A stretch of 64,000 nucleotides of DNA. It comes from Hemiscyllium ocellatum. Taxonomy: Eukaryota. The stretch's first letter is position 1. Every line of letters begins with the position of its first letter. Location: contig NC_083409.1 of the NCBI RefSeq assembly GCF_020745735.1, positions 10,762,978 to 10,826,977 on the forward strand, given 5' to 3'. The position numbers and the translations under genes were made by a program. Below the pieces are notes generated by a model. That model was not told where the DNA came from. It did no database searches and was given only the letters and a program-made list of their open reading frames with translations. Below are positions 1-12,714 of this stretch, one piece after another.

Positions 1-2487
1 TGGACAGTAACAAGGCTGGTGCAAAGTAAGAGCAGGTGTGATTAGGGATCTGAAAGTGAGAATGTGATGTTTCAGTTCCTCCTGGACATCTCAAGGTTTG
101 TATGAACTTTTGGTCTCCTAATTGCAGAAAGAATATAAATCCATTGGAAGTGTTTCAGAGGAGTTTTTCCGACTGATCCCTGGTATGAGGGGGCTGTGTG
201 GTGAGGAAGGATCGGAAAGGCTGGCCTTGATCTCACTGGGAGTTTCAAGAGTGGGGGGTTTTCCTGTCCCACTGTATTCTCCAAACCCTTATCTGACCCC
301 CTCTTGGGTCATACCCTCCTGCCCCTTACTAACATGGAATTGGACTGCCCAGTCCTGAGGCTTACACCTTCCATCTGGAACAAAGTCTCCAGGTAGCTCT
401 GACCCTCCCTGATGTATCAGGATTCTTACAACTCAGCTTCCAATCCAAACCCCTGAGTGGGAGTTGCTGTAGATTTATACAGTCACTACAGATGTATTTA
501 CCCTGAATCATTTCAGTTTAATGAACAAATGCTGATCCACTTACAAATGAAAGAAATCAATTCTTTCATGAAACTAGTAATTGTCCTCAGTCTCTGGATC
601 AATGTTTCAGTACTTTTCATTTCTAGGATTTCCCTATTTGAGGTTTCCTAAGCATACTATTGATATATGGTTCCTTACACAAAGCTCTTCCCAGCTGATC
701 TGGTCAACAGACTCCTGTCCCCTTGTTTATTATTTTGCTATTTTCAAACCAAGTGCATGTGCAGGCTCCCATCAGCTGAAGTGACAGTTCCAAACCAGTT
801 TGGAAAAGCAAAGGTAGACCTCCTTCCCCAGTTCACCGAACTCCCACATTGACCAAACCTCCCAGCATCCCCTCTGTGCCAGCTGCACTGAGTGCCAACT
901 GCAGGATATAGGCTGCCCTGTATTTATTACTGGTGCTAATTGATATCACTTTGTTCTGTCGTGCTATTAGAGTCATAGAGACAGCACAGAGACAGAACCT
1001 TCGGTTCAACTTGTCCACGCTGACCAGATATCCCAACGCAATCTAGTTCCACTTGCCAATGCTCAGGATCTGGGTTAAGTTAGATCATTTCTCAGTCTGA
1101 AGCTTCCTTCTTTCAGCCTGAGAAATACGTTACTTTTATAACCAACAAATGTGACTTTAATGCTGGAATCTGTTTTGAAGATTAATGGGCTCAATGGTTT
1201 GATTCAATGTGGTAAGATAAGAAATATCTGTGTCACTTGCTGTAATTCAGTCTTCTCTAACCAATCTCTTCAGGGGCCAGGATGAGTGTGAGGAGATTGG
1301 GTTTTGATGGAACTACCACAGACTCAAGTCAAAAGAAGCAAAGCAAGAAAGACAGGTGGATCGAATACAAGAGAGCACATTATGAGAAAAACCAAAGGAG
1401 AGAGTGACAACATTGAATTGCTTCTTGTGTCATCCTCTGCGCCCTTACGTTTCACAGTGTCAGCTCCACATCCTTCCATTGACTTTGTCATTGAGAGCCA
1501 ACGGTTCCTTTCCCACAGCCCTTTTTAAAATGCCTGCCCCCAGGGAATCACTCAGACAGAGAATATTTCACCTTTTCTGGGAAGGTTGGAGAAATATTGG
1601 ATGTCGATGAGCTGCTTTCTCAGACTTCAGGGTCTGACAGAAGGATGTGTGTAGGCTGTGGATTCTGGAGACAGATCACTGAGATGTTCCTCACTCCCAT
1701 CAACACCTGACTTTATCCTGAAATCAGTTTCTATTCTTCATTATAAAGTACCCCCACCAGTTTCAGACTAGACATTTCACACCCAGCCCCCATTTCCTCA
1801 CATTGGAATCAAGAACCAAACTTGCCCCATCTCAGGATTGCCCTCTGAATGTGGTGTCAGTGTGCTAATGCTGTGTTTGATGAAAGAGCCACAGTGGAAT
1901 CTGGGACTGAATCCAAGGGGTTTCTGATCCACCAGCAGCCTCCTTGCTGTGTGAGATTCTGTTTGGATAAGATTTCAGCCCCATGGTTCCCACTGATACG
2001 AGAACCATGGAGTGAGATTGCTGGAGCCACGTGTGGACTGAGGAACACAACAGTCAGGACAATGAGCTGCTCTGGAATCCACCCTGAGCCCTGGATGGTT
2101 GTCACTGAGATGGTCCAGGGGCTACAGAATATGACAGCAGAAAGTGGAACCAGTTTATCATTGACTGTACCCCCCCAGCCATGACTCCCAGACTGAACAT
2201 TCTCAATCTGACTCCAGGGGGACACGGGGCAATTCCATCTCATTTGAAGAGTAAAGAAAACCCAGGTCTAATTTATGGAATATTTATTACCCAAACCCTG
2301 TGGAATTGTTATTTTGAGTTCCAAGATTCTGCTGATCATATTGATCAATAGAGTGTCCCAGTGACCCTGATCTGAATTGCTTGGCTCAGGATCTTGCTGT
2401 CCCTGATGGATGGGTTGGTGTGGAGGGGGAATTGCCATCAGAATATTTTGTTCCAGGGATGGATCAAGTTAGTATAGTGGGTGACAA

Positions 2488-2586
2488 GGTGGCTCAGTGG
2501 TTAGCACTGCTGCTTCATAGTGCCAGGGATCTGCGTTCGATCCCTGCCTCAGGAGAATATCTATGTGGATTTTGCACATTCTCTCC
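2488..2586 (+). mobile_element. HE1/V-SINE 5' fragment (also ~55786-55885)
   Basis: ggtggctcagtggttagcactgctgc (A box) ... gttcgatccc (B box) ... start of the V domain. Confidence 0.65.
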
Positions 2587-3451
2587 AAATACAAATCAAA
2601 TGCTGTATGGAATATTACTTTGCAAACCCTGTGGGATTGTTATTCTGGGTAGTAAGATCCTGCTGGTCAAATTGATCAATAAAATGCGAACTGAACTGCT
2701 TGGCTCGGGATCTTGCTGTGCTGAAAAGGATGTGTTGGTGTTCAGGGGAATTCCCATCAGATTATTGTGTTCCCCATTGCCCCCTCTATTCTCCCCTTCC
2801 TGCTCCATACCTGGGGGTGGGGTGGAGCTTTTCACTTCGTACACCTATCCCTGAGGACTCAGCTCTGGCCATTCCCAAAGCACACACAGAGACAGAGACT
2901 GAATCTTCTTCATCTTTATTCCCTTTTCCAGATTGACATTGACAGAAAACAGTCAGCAATTAACAGCCCAGACAGAGGAAGCTGCTCAAATTCACAGCCA
3001 CAATGGAGCTTGAGGAAAACACTTGTGGAGATTTTCTCAATAACATGAGAATCCTGTCCCTTTAAACAGTGACAAAACCTTAAATTGGAACTGGCGGCTG
3101 AGCAGAAAGGAGGTCTGTTTTACTGAAACAGAGACTTTTGAGGTTCACATTGTTTTTGCACAGCTGACAGTCTTTAGCATCTTCGGAGAGGTTTTACTTG
3201 ACATCGCAAGTTAACACTGTCCCCATCAAACACATCCAGGTCAGGGAAAGCATGGGACTAGATAAAGAGTAAAGTTTTCTCTACACTATCCCAACGACCA
3301 GCCTTAACCCCTGAAGCTCAGAAGTATCTCCAAGCCAGTCCTGAGAAGGAAGAGAGTTGAAATTCAGTGCTGACAATGACCTTTGACCTGCCAGCTCAGC
3401 AGCCCTGTTCTATTTAAAGTTGTGTCTCCTCTGTGGACTGTCTCAAACACT

Positions 3452-3779
3452 CTACACACATTCTGATCTCCTGATGCTCTTGCTGAGGGGAGAGGGGAGG
3501 GTCACGTGGGTGAGGGCACAGGAGAAGCGAGCGTTGGACTCCCAGTCAGACCAGAGAGGGTCAGCAGGCTGCTGACACTGTAGGTGCTGTCCGAAGCTCG
3601 CAGGTAGTTGCTGGTCTGAACCCCGTCCGAAATGACTGCACCGTCCTTCTTCCACTGCACCTCCAGCTCATCGGGATAGAAGTGATTGGCAAGGCACACC
3701 AGGGTGGCAGTGCCCTTGGCATTGACCTGCTCCGGGGAGGGGGGCAGCAGGGTCAGCTTGGGCTGAGAGTTGTCACGGA
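3452..3779 (-). CDS. Ig light-chain constant (C) exon, copy 1; frameshifted as assembled (1-nt deletion at CC 3551-3552)
   Basis: Acceptor tttcAG at 3780-3781. Reads (x)RDNSQPKLTLLPPSPEQVNAKGTATLVCLANHFYPDELEVQWKKDG...SSLLTLSG/SDWESNARFSCALTHVTLPSPLSKSIRRSECV* across two frames (ORFs 3502-3699 and 3452-3655). TAG at 3452-3454. Length 328 nt versus 329 needed. Confidence 0.93.
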
Positions 3780-4405
3780 CTGAAAGACAAGAGAAACAAT
3801 TTTAATCCCTGCCTTTTGAAGGTACATAAACTCTCTGAACATTAACTGCTAAAACGTTTGAACATTTGTACCCAGTACCTAGCAGACCTGACAAAGCACT
3901 GGCATTTTAAACATTGCTTTTTGGGACGTGTACGGCACTGGCAGAGCCAGTCGCTGCCCATCCCTAACTGTCTCTGAGAAGGTGATGGTGACGCAGCAGA
4001 AATGATAAGGGACAGTCCTGGACCACCATTTGAGGAATGAATGTGGGCAGCTGGAAGGGCTATCAATGTGGGAGCATTTTAGTGACAGTGATCGGAACTC
4101 AGTGAGATTGAGAATAGGGATGGAAATGGAGAACCGTGGAGCAAGTGTAAAAGTTTTGATTTGGGAACAATCCATTTTACCAAACTGTGTGGTAATTTGA
4201 TAAAAGAGTACTGGAACCATCGCCTTGATGGGAGATCAGTGACAGGGCAGTGGGAGGTCTCCAAGGATGAGACAGGCACAGAGATCATTCAGAATCTTTT
4301 CCCAAAAGAGTAAGAGTGGCACACTCCCAAAGAGAGAGTCTCAGCAAAGATGTGAAACTATCGATATGATGTGGAGGCTCTGGTGTCCAACTGGGGTGGA
4401 CATGT

Positions 4406-4580
4406 TCAGGAGTCACATGACACCAGGTTACAGTCCAACAGGTTTATTTAAAATCACGAGCTTGTGAGACGCTGCTCCATCTTCAGGTGAAGCGACTTCA
4501 GTGCTGAAGGAACAGAGCTCTGAAAGCTTGTGATTTGAAATAAGCCTGTTGGACTATAACTGGTGTCGTGTGACTTCTGA
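4406..4580. repeat. Palindromic Penelope-type terminal-repeat pair (also 57698-57873)
   Basis: Arms tcaggagtcacatgacaccaggttacagtccaacaggtttatttaaaatcac and its near reverse complement gtgatttgaaataagcctgttggactataactggtgtcgtgtgacttctga. Confidence 0.7.
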
Positions 4581-4589
4581 CCTCAAATG

Positions 4590-5060
4590 AAGCCCCGTTA
4601 GAGCACAATGAGAGAACTGTGTGCAGTTCTGGTCACCACATTGCAGGAAGGATGTGATCCCCCTAGAGATGGGGACAGTGGAGGTTTTGTCAGGAATGAG
4701 GAGTATTAGCTTTGAGGAATGATTGGTTTGGCTGGGACTGGTTTCTTTGGAACACAGGAGGCTGAGGGGAGATTTGATCGATGGTGTGTAAAATGATGAG
4801 GGGTCTGGATAGAGTGGGTAGGAAGAACTGATTTCCATCAGCACAGAGGGCAATAACCATGGGGAGAGATTGAAATGAATTGGGGGCAGGGTTCGAGGGG
4901 AGTTGAGGAGTAATTGTTTCACCCAGTGGCTGGTGGGATCAGGACCTCACTAGCTGAAAGGGTGAGAGCGGCAGAAACCCTCATCACATTGAAAAAACAC
5001 TTGGATATTCACTTGAAACACCAAAGCCTCCAGAGCTATGGAGCAAGAGCTGGTATGTGG
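4590..5060 (+). mobile_element. CR1-clade LINE 3' fragment
   Basis: tgtgtgcagttctggtcaccacattgcaggaaggatgtg (CVQFWSPHCRKDV) motif and downstream 3' sequence. Confidence 0.75.
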
Positions 5061-6099
5061 GGTGGAGTTCGACACCTCTTTAACAAACCTCCGATCACTC
5101 ACAGCTCGGGAGAACTTTATCCAACAACATTGGAGCAGAGTTGGATCAGCACACTTCAGGAAGGAGTCACGTTGGGTGTCCATGTAGAAGGTTCTAGATT
5201 TTGTTTCAAATCTTCCAGCTCAGCGCTGGGGTAAGGTCAAATGTGAGGGTGCAAAGAGTCTCAGTGTCCTGGGATCAGACAGTGACACTGCTCTTAATGA
5301 TCCCATGTTCCCTGGAAGATGGAAGCGTGCATCCAACGGGCAAGGGTCATGTTCAGGAGACTCCAACCTCAAAGAAAGACTTGCATTTATGTTGCACCTG
5401 CCTCCACCTAAGGATGTTGCAGTGGCTCTTTCCATCAGACTGTGCTCAGCAAGATCCCAGAGAGCTGGGTGACAATGAGGCGAGGATCAGATTTTTAGTG
5501 ATGCTAATTAGGGAATCAATATTGACCAGGACACCAGGAGACACCGTCCTGCTGTCTGTCTAATAGAGCCATGGAATGGCATCTCTGATATCTGAAAGGT
5601 TCCCAGTGCATCAAAAGAGAGACTTGTATGTCAGGCTCTCCCAAAGCATTTACAGAGAGTGAGGGACTTGTCTGGACACTGGTCACTGTTGTAATGCAGA
5701 AAACACAATTTGCACACAGCAATATCGCACAAAAATAAATGAGATTATGAAGCATGTTCAGTGATGTTTCAGGGATAAATATTGACCTGAAGTCAACCCA
5801 AAGAGAAAGCAAATGGGTTCAGTTGCACAAAACGTGAGAAAATGAAAGGCACCGAAGGTGGGAGTCGTGGTTAGTGATGGGTTTGATTGTTACCAGAAAA
5901 TAAAAGGAAGGATCAGAATTTGTGAATGTCATATTGTAACAAGGCAATACAGACAGTAGAAATAACCTAAAGTCTTTGTATGATAACGCATTCGGAATAA
6001 GGTAGACAGAGTGATGCCACAAATTGAGGTTCCCAAGGACTTTAAAATCATTAAAGTGACGCAGGGCTCAGGAGAGGTTAGTAAAGTTCCCAAAATAAT

Positions 6100-7363
6100 T
6101 AATAGGACATAGATTATGGAAAGGGTCAGAAAATTATTTTTAGGCACAGTGCATAAGGGGACAACTATGAAAAGGAGGACAGTCAGTGCAGGACTGAGGG
6201 TGTTGTACCTGAATGCAGGGAGTATCCGAAATGAGGTAAATGAGCTTGTAACACAGATTGGAATTGGCAGGTACGATGTTTTGAGTATCACAGAGACCTG
6301 GCTGTAAGGGTTGAGGGCTGGGAATGAAATACTCAAGGATGCACATCCGATTGACAGGACATGCTGATGGGCAGATGGGGGTGGGGTTACCTTCTTGGTA
6401 AGAAATGAAATGAGATCAATCACAAGAAGGGATTTAGAGTTGGAATGCATTCAATCTGTGTGGGTAGAGGTGAGGAGTTGCAAGGGAGAAAGAGCATGAT
6501 GAGAACTTAGCACAGGACCCCCCAGCAGCAGTCAGGATATGAGGAAGAAAATAAATCAGGAGATAGAGAAGGCCCTGCTACAATAGTCATGAGGGACTTC
6601 AATATGCAGGGAGACTGGAAAATTAAATTGTTTGGGGATCTCAAGGGTAGGAATTAATGGAATGTTTACGACATGGTTTTTAGAGCAGCTTGTGGTAGAG
6701 ATCACTATGGAACAGGCAATTCTGGATTGGGTGATGTGTATTGAAGCAGACCTGATTAGGGAACTTAGGGTGAAGGAATCCCTTGGGGGCATTGACCGTA
6801 ATATGACAGAATTCACCCTGCAGTTTGTGACAGGGAATCTGGAGTCAGTTGTACCGGTAATGCAATTAACTTAAGGTAACTACAAAGACATGAGGGAGGA
6901 GCTGGCCAGAGTTGGTAAGAAAGGAAGCTGAGCATAGAGAGAATGGAGCAGCAATGGCAGGAGTTTCTGGGGGTAATTTGGGAGGCAGAGCAGGAATTCA
7001 ACCCAAGGAAGAAGAAAGGTACTGAGTGGAGGCCAAGGCAACCATGGCTGATGAGGGAAGTCAGGGTCAGCATAAAAGCAAAAGAAAAAACAGGCAATGT
7101 GGTGAAGATTATTGGGAAGCCTTTAAGCCTTTAAAAACAGCAGAGAGTAACTAAAAAAAAGTAAGGGTGGGTGTGTAAATAAAATATAAGGGTCAGCGAG
7201 TTAGTAACATAAAAGAATATTGCAAGAGGTTTTCTTTAGATATATGAAAGGCAAGAGGGAGTCAATAATAGAAATTGTACCACTGGAAAAGCAGAAGTAG
7301 TAATGGGGAACAAAGAAATGGTGGAAAAAGTGCATCGGTGCCTTAAATCAGCTTTCACAGTAG
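6100..7363 (+). mobile_element. CR1 ORF2 AP-endonuclease fragment, decayed
   Basis: LRVLYLNAGSIRNEVNEL..YDVLSITETWL, GDFN-like motif, PWL..EVR.SIKAKEK; multiple stops and frameshifts. Confidence 0.85.
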
Positions 7364-7974
7364 TGTGGCAATGCTGCTCATTTCACAAGTTTGAGTTGTC
7401 CTTGGATTTTTTTTCAAGAGGGGTTGTAAAGGCAGAGGTTCCAATTTGTCTGGGTTAGGGACTTTGCTCATGGCTAACAGATACTGCCTAAGGCAACAGT
7501 CAGGGAAAAGGCTTTTAGGTTTTATATTAAACACTTGTCCAATAAAAGGAGAATGGCCAGTTCTTCCAGTTTGCTGTTTTTGACAAACAGTCGGTTGGAA
7601 GCTCCTGGATAAAGAAAGCTGCTGGTGAGAAAGGTTCCCAATTCAACATTTTCCAGTGGACTCACTTTCTGAAATTCCTCTCTGTAAGAACCCCTGTGTT
7701 TATATTTACCTTTTTGCCAAGGCTATTACAGCAAATTGGAACAACTCTTTGTCAAGTTACATTTTTTCAATCAGTTGGTTTTCAAATAGTTAAGTTATTC
7801 TAAATTCTGTTTTCTTTTGATTGTAAATAAATACTCTTTTCCTTCAAGCTGAGTGGTTTGGCAGTTGTATCATTCCTGGAATATCCAGGTTACATTTGCT
7901 GAACACAATTCGAAAAGGTAAGGTCTGGGCTGCATTCTTAAAATGTTTTGAAGGGTCTGGCCTGGTCCATAACA
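7364..7974 (+). mobile_element. Possible solo LTR interrupting the CR1
   Basis: Begins TG right where CR1 homology (SAFTV) stops and ends ...ggtccataaCA; no clear TSD seen. Confidence 0.3.
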
Positions 7975-7977
7975 ATG

Positions 7978-9350
7978 TCACAGAGTCCTACAGCATGGAG
8001 ACAGGCCATTTGGACCAAACTGGTCCATTTACGCTAATCCTGCACTTGGCCCATATCCTTCTGAATCCTTTCCTTTGCTGTATTTGTCCAAATGCCTTTT
8101 AAATGTTATTAATGTACCCACCTCAACCACTTCCACTGGCAGCTCATTCCATATGCGAACAATCCTATGTGTAAAAAGGTTGCCCCTCAGGTTCCCTTTT
8201 ATTCTTTCCCCTCTAACCTTAAACTGATGCGCTCTAGCTCATATTCGCAAACCTTGGGGAAAAGACCGAGTGAATTCACCCTATCCATGCCTCTCATGAT
8301 CTTATGAGGTCCTCCCTCAGTCTCCTACACTCTAAAGAAAAAAGTACTCTCCCTTTAACCCAAACGATTGAATCCTGGCAACATGCTTGCAAATTTCTTC
8401 TGCACTCTTTCCAGTTTAATAACATCCTTCCTGGAACAAGGTGACCAAAACTGAACACAATATTCCAAGTGTGGCTTCACCAGTGTCCTGTATAACTGCA
8501 ACATAACTTCCCAACATCTGTAGTCAATGCCCTGACTGATGAAGCTCTCTTCTCTGCTCTATTTACTGTGACTCCATTTTCAGAGAACTGCTTATCTGAA
8601 TTCTAAGGACCCTCTGTTCCACTATATTCCTTAAGGTCCTATCATTCACCATGAAACTCCTACCTTGCTTTAAATTTCCAAAATACAAGACCTCACATTT
8701 ATCTGTATTAAACTCTATTTGTCATTTCTCGGCCCACTTCCCCAGCTGAGCAAGGTCCTGCTGCAATTTCTGATAACTGTCCGCACTGTCCACGATGCTG
8801 CTTATTTGAGTGTCATCAGCAAACTCACTAACCATGCCTTGTACATTCTCATCCAAAACATTGTTATAGATAACAAACAGCAATGGGCTCAGCACTGACC
8901 ACTGAGGCACTCCACTAGTCACAGGCCTCCAGTACAAAGGATTCTTCCCCTATTACCCTGTGCTTTCTACCATCAAGCCAATCGTGTATTCAATTTGCCA
9001 GGTCACCTTGGATTCCATGCAATCTAACCTTCCATAACAGCCTGCATGTGGAACCTTATCAAAGGCCTCACTGAAATCCATATAGACCACGTCTACCATC
9101 CTGCCCTCATCAACCTTCCTGGTCAATTCATCAAAGTAACTTAACAAATTTGTGAGGCATATTCTCCCACTCACAAAGTCATGCTGACAACTCCTAATCA
9201 AATTCACTCTTTCCAAATGCATGTGTATCTTATCTTATCAAACAACCTACCCACCACAAATGTTAAGCTTATAATTCCCAGGCTTTTGTTTTTCAGCCCT
9301 TTTTGAACAATGGCACAGTCTTCGCTATCCTCCAGTCTTCTGGCACCTCA
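7978..9350 (-). mobile_element. CR1 RT + 3' end, decayed
   Basis: ORFs CLTNLLSYFDELTRKVDEGRMVDVVYMDFSEAFDKVPH and SGVPQWSVLSPLLFVIY..FADDT. Confidence 0.9.
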
Positions 9351-9389
9351 CCTGTGGCTAACCATGATGCTTAAATATCAGCCAGTACA

Positions 9390-11030
9390 CCTGACCTTCA
9401 AGAGAGTTGGGAGCAGAAGTGAGTGGAGAGGGCATCACTAAGGTGGAGGGGTTGAGGCAGCTGAAAGGTCTGAAGGTGGATAAATCATTCAGACCCGATG
9501 GACTACACTCCAGAGTTCTGATGGAGATAGCTAAGGTAATTGTAGGGCCATTGGCTGTGATCTTTCAGAAATCACTGGAGTCAGGAGTGGTCCCAGAAGA
9601 CTGGAAAATAGTGAATGTAACATCCCTGTTTAAGAAAGGAGGGAGGCAGAGATGGGACATTATAAGCTGGTTAGCCTGACCTCGGTCATTGGTAAGATTT
9701 TAGAGGTCTACCTAAGGGTGAGATTGCAGGTATTTGGAATCTCACCCTTAAGTCTGGTAAAATTGCAGCCTGGTAAAATTGGGCTGAGTCAGCACAGCTT
9801 CATCAAAGGGAGGCATGCCTGATAAATCTGTTAGAAATCTTTGAGGAGGTAACAAGTGAGTTAGACAAAGGAGAGCCAGTGGATGTGATCCATTTGGATT
9901 TCCACCAGGCCTTTGACAGGGTACAATAAAGGAGACTGCTAAGTCAAATCAGAGCCCATGCTGTCAGGAGCAAGGCACTGCGAAGTGTAGAGGATTGGCT
10001 GCCGGCACAAAGGCGAGAGTAGGGACAAAGGGATTTTTTTCTGGATGGCTGGTGGTGCTTTGTGGCGATCTGCAGGGATCTGTGTTGGGACCACAACTAT
10101 TCATATTATCCATTAACAATCTGGATAAGGAACTGAAGATATTGTTCATATGTTTGTAGATGACACAAAAATTGGTGAAAGGACAAGTGGAGTTGAGGAA
10201 GTGGGGGAGATTGCAGAAGGACTTGGTCAGGCTGGGAGAATGTGCAAAGAAGTGGCAGTGGAGTACAATGCGGGGACTTGTGAGGCTAGATACTTTGGTG
10301 GGAAGAATAGAGACACAGACTGTTTTCTAAGTGAGGAAAGATTTCAGAAATCTGAAGCACAAAGAGAATGGGAGTCCTTGCTCAGGTTTCTCTGAAGGTT
10401 AACGTGCAGGTTCACCATGGCTGTTTGAAAGGCAGTTACAGTGTTAGCATTAACTTTAACGTCAGAGGTGTACTGCTGAGTTTGTATAAGTCTGATCAGA
10501 CCACATTTGGAATTTTGGTCTCCTTATTAAGGAAGGATGTGCTGTCATTGGAGAGGGTCCAGAGGAAAAGTGAGAAAGAATAAGAATGATCCTGGGAATG
10601 AAGGGGGTGTCATATAAAGAGCGGTTGAGGATTCTGGATCTGTATGCAATTGAGTTTAGAAAGATGATGGGGGAATCTTATTGAAACTACAGAATATTGA
10701 GAGGCCTGGAGAACATGGAGAAGGTGTTTCCACGAATAGAAGAAACTCGGCCCGAAGGCAAAGCCTCAGAGTGAAGAATGATCCGTCAGAACTGAGATAA
10801 GGAGGCATTTCTTCAGCCACAGGGTGGTGAATCTGCGGAACTCATTGTCACAGAGGTCTATGGATGCCAAGATGTTGAGAGTATTTAAAACAGAGACAGA
10901 TAGGTTCTTGATCAGTAAGGAGATCAAATGTTAAAAGGAGAATGGGGTTGAGAAACACATCACACAAGATCAAATGGCAGAGCAGACTCTCTTCTGACTG
11001 GCCCAATTCTGCTCCTATATCTTAAGTATT
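9390..11030 (+). mobile_element. CR1 RT + 3' end, decayed
   Basis: KSFRPDGLHSRVL..SLESGVVPEDWKIVNVTSLFKKGGR; FVDDTKIG; 3' UTR-like sequence to ~11030. Confidence 0.9.
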
Positions 11031-11076
11031 TTGGGTTTATGTAGAGGTTCCTTGAAACCCTGGAAAACTGGAAGTA

Positions 11077-11413
11077 CGGTCACTTAGTGGTTAGCCCTGC
11101 TGCCTCACAGCGCTATGGACCCAGGTTTGATTCTAGCCTCGGGCGTCTGTCTGTGTGGAGTTTGCATGTTCTCCCTGTGCCTGCGTGGGTTTCCTCCGGT
11201 GCTCTGGTTTCCTCCCACAGTCCAAAGCTGTGCAGGTTCGGTGAATTGGCCATGCTAAATTGCCCATAGTGCAGGTTAGGTACATTAGTCAGGAGTAAAT
11301 GTAGGTTAAAAAGGTAGGGGAATGGGTCTGGGTGGGTTACTGTTCGGAGGGTCAGCGTGGACTTGTTGGACCAAATGGCCTGTTTCCATACTGTAGGAAT
11401 TCTGTGATTCTAT
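11077..11413 (+). mobile_element. HE1-type V-SINE
   Basis: tRNA-like head, V domain gtgtggagtttgcatgttctccc..gcgtgggtttcctccggtgctctggtttcctcccacagtccaaag, CR1-like tail. Confidence 0.88.
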
Positions 11414-11479
11414 GGACATTGAAAGTACTGGTTTGTGAGCCCTGCTGTTGCTGTTTCTCAAAAGTACTTTGACAAAAGA

Positions 11480-12420
11480 TAATCAGGGAGTGGTGAGAGT
11501 GAGCATCAGGTTGCATGAGGGAACTGCTTGTCCTGCTTCCTGGAATACCATGAGCACAGGAAGTGTGGTCAGTGACAGCAGTTGGAACTCGGGTTTCGGA
11601 GCTTGAGCAGCAGCTGGTGTCAGTGAGGAGCGTCCGTGAGGCTGAGAGCTCCGTGGAGAGCACGTTTCTAGATGTGGTCACTCTGCAGCTTCAGAGTATG
11701 CAGGGAGAGAGGGAATGGGGGAGCAGCAGACAGTCCAAAAGGACAGGCAGCTAGTACAGGAATCCCATGAGTGCATCCCACTCTCCAACCAGGATTCAGT
11801 TTGGAATCCTGATCAGAATGATGGTTCATCTGGGGAGTGCAGCCAGAGCCAAGTCCATGGCACCATGGGGGGCTCAGCTGTACACGGGGGGCACAAGGAA
11901 GACTGGAAGAGTGATAGTGAGAGGAGATTCGAGAGTGAGGGCATCGATAGGTGTTTCTGCAGCTGCAGATGGGAATCCAGGATGTTATCTCCCAACATGA
12001 AGGATGTCACTGAGCGACTGCAGAGCACCCTGAGGGGAGAGGGGGAACAGGCAGCAGTCGTGGTCCACATCGGTCCCAGTGACAGAGGGAGAAAAGGGAT
12101 GTGGTCCTCCAGTCAGAATTTAGGGAGTTCCAGAGGGAATTAGCAGCAGGAGCTCAAAAGTAGGAATCTCCAAGATTACCCCCAGTGCCCCACACAACTG
12201 AGAATAGAAAGAGGAGGATAGCACAGGTGACTGTGGAACTGAAAAGACAGTCCAGGAGGAAGGTATTTCGATTATTTTAACATTGGGACTGGCTTTGGGG
12301 GGAGATGGACATGTACAGACCAGACGGGTTGCTCCTGAACAGACCTGGGACTGAGTTCCTTTGGGGTGATTTACTCGTGCTGTTGGAGAGGGTTTAAACT
12401 ATCTTGGCCTGTGGGATCCA
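11480..12420 (+). mobile_element. CR1 ORF1 fragment (coiled coil + SGNH esterase-like)
   Basis: RVSELEQQLVSVRSVREAESSVESTFLDVVT; EQAAVVVHIG; decayed. Confidence 0.75.
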
Positions 12421-12714
12421 GGAGCTAATACCAGAGAGGAACACAGAGGTGCACAGAATCCTGGGAGAGATAGATAGCACCAGAATAAGGAATAGAACTT
12501 CTTACCCAGTTTCAGAGTGAGGAGAGAGAGTAATAAATTCTAAATCAGGGTCACTGTGTAAGGATGGGACTGCACGGAGTGTTGGGAATAAGACTGGGAA
12601 GGTACAGCCACAGAGTGTTAAGTGGAAATCTGATGTGTGTCTCTCACATAGGAAGATAAGATAATAAGAACATTAGAAATAGGAGCAGGAGTGGGCTATC
12701 TGACCCATCGAGGA

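Noticed and set aside
1330-1420. Hydrophobic minus-strand frame (MLSLSPLVFLIMCSLVF..LALLLLT) as a transmembrane exon downstream of C
   Set aside because: CT-rich composition, no clear splice sites, frame not preserved in copy 2, and light chains have no TM exon.
1849-2243. 100-128 aa ORFs downstream of C as host genes
   Set aside because: No recognisable domain; frames are disrupted in the duplicate copy.
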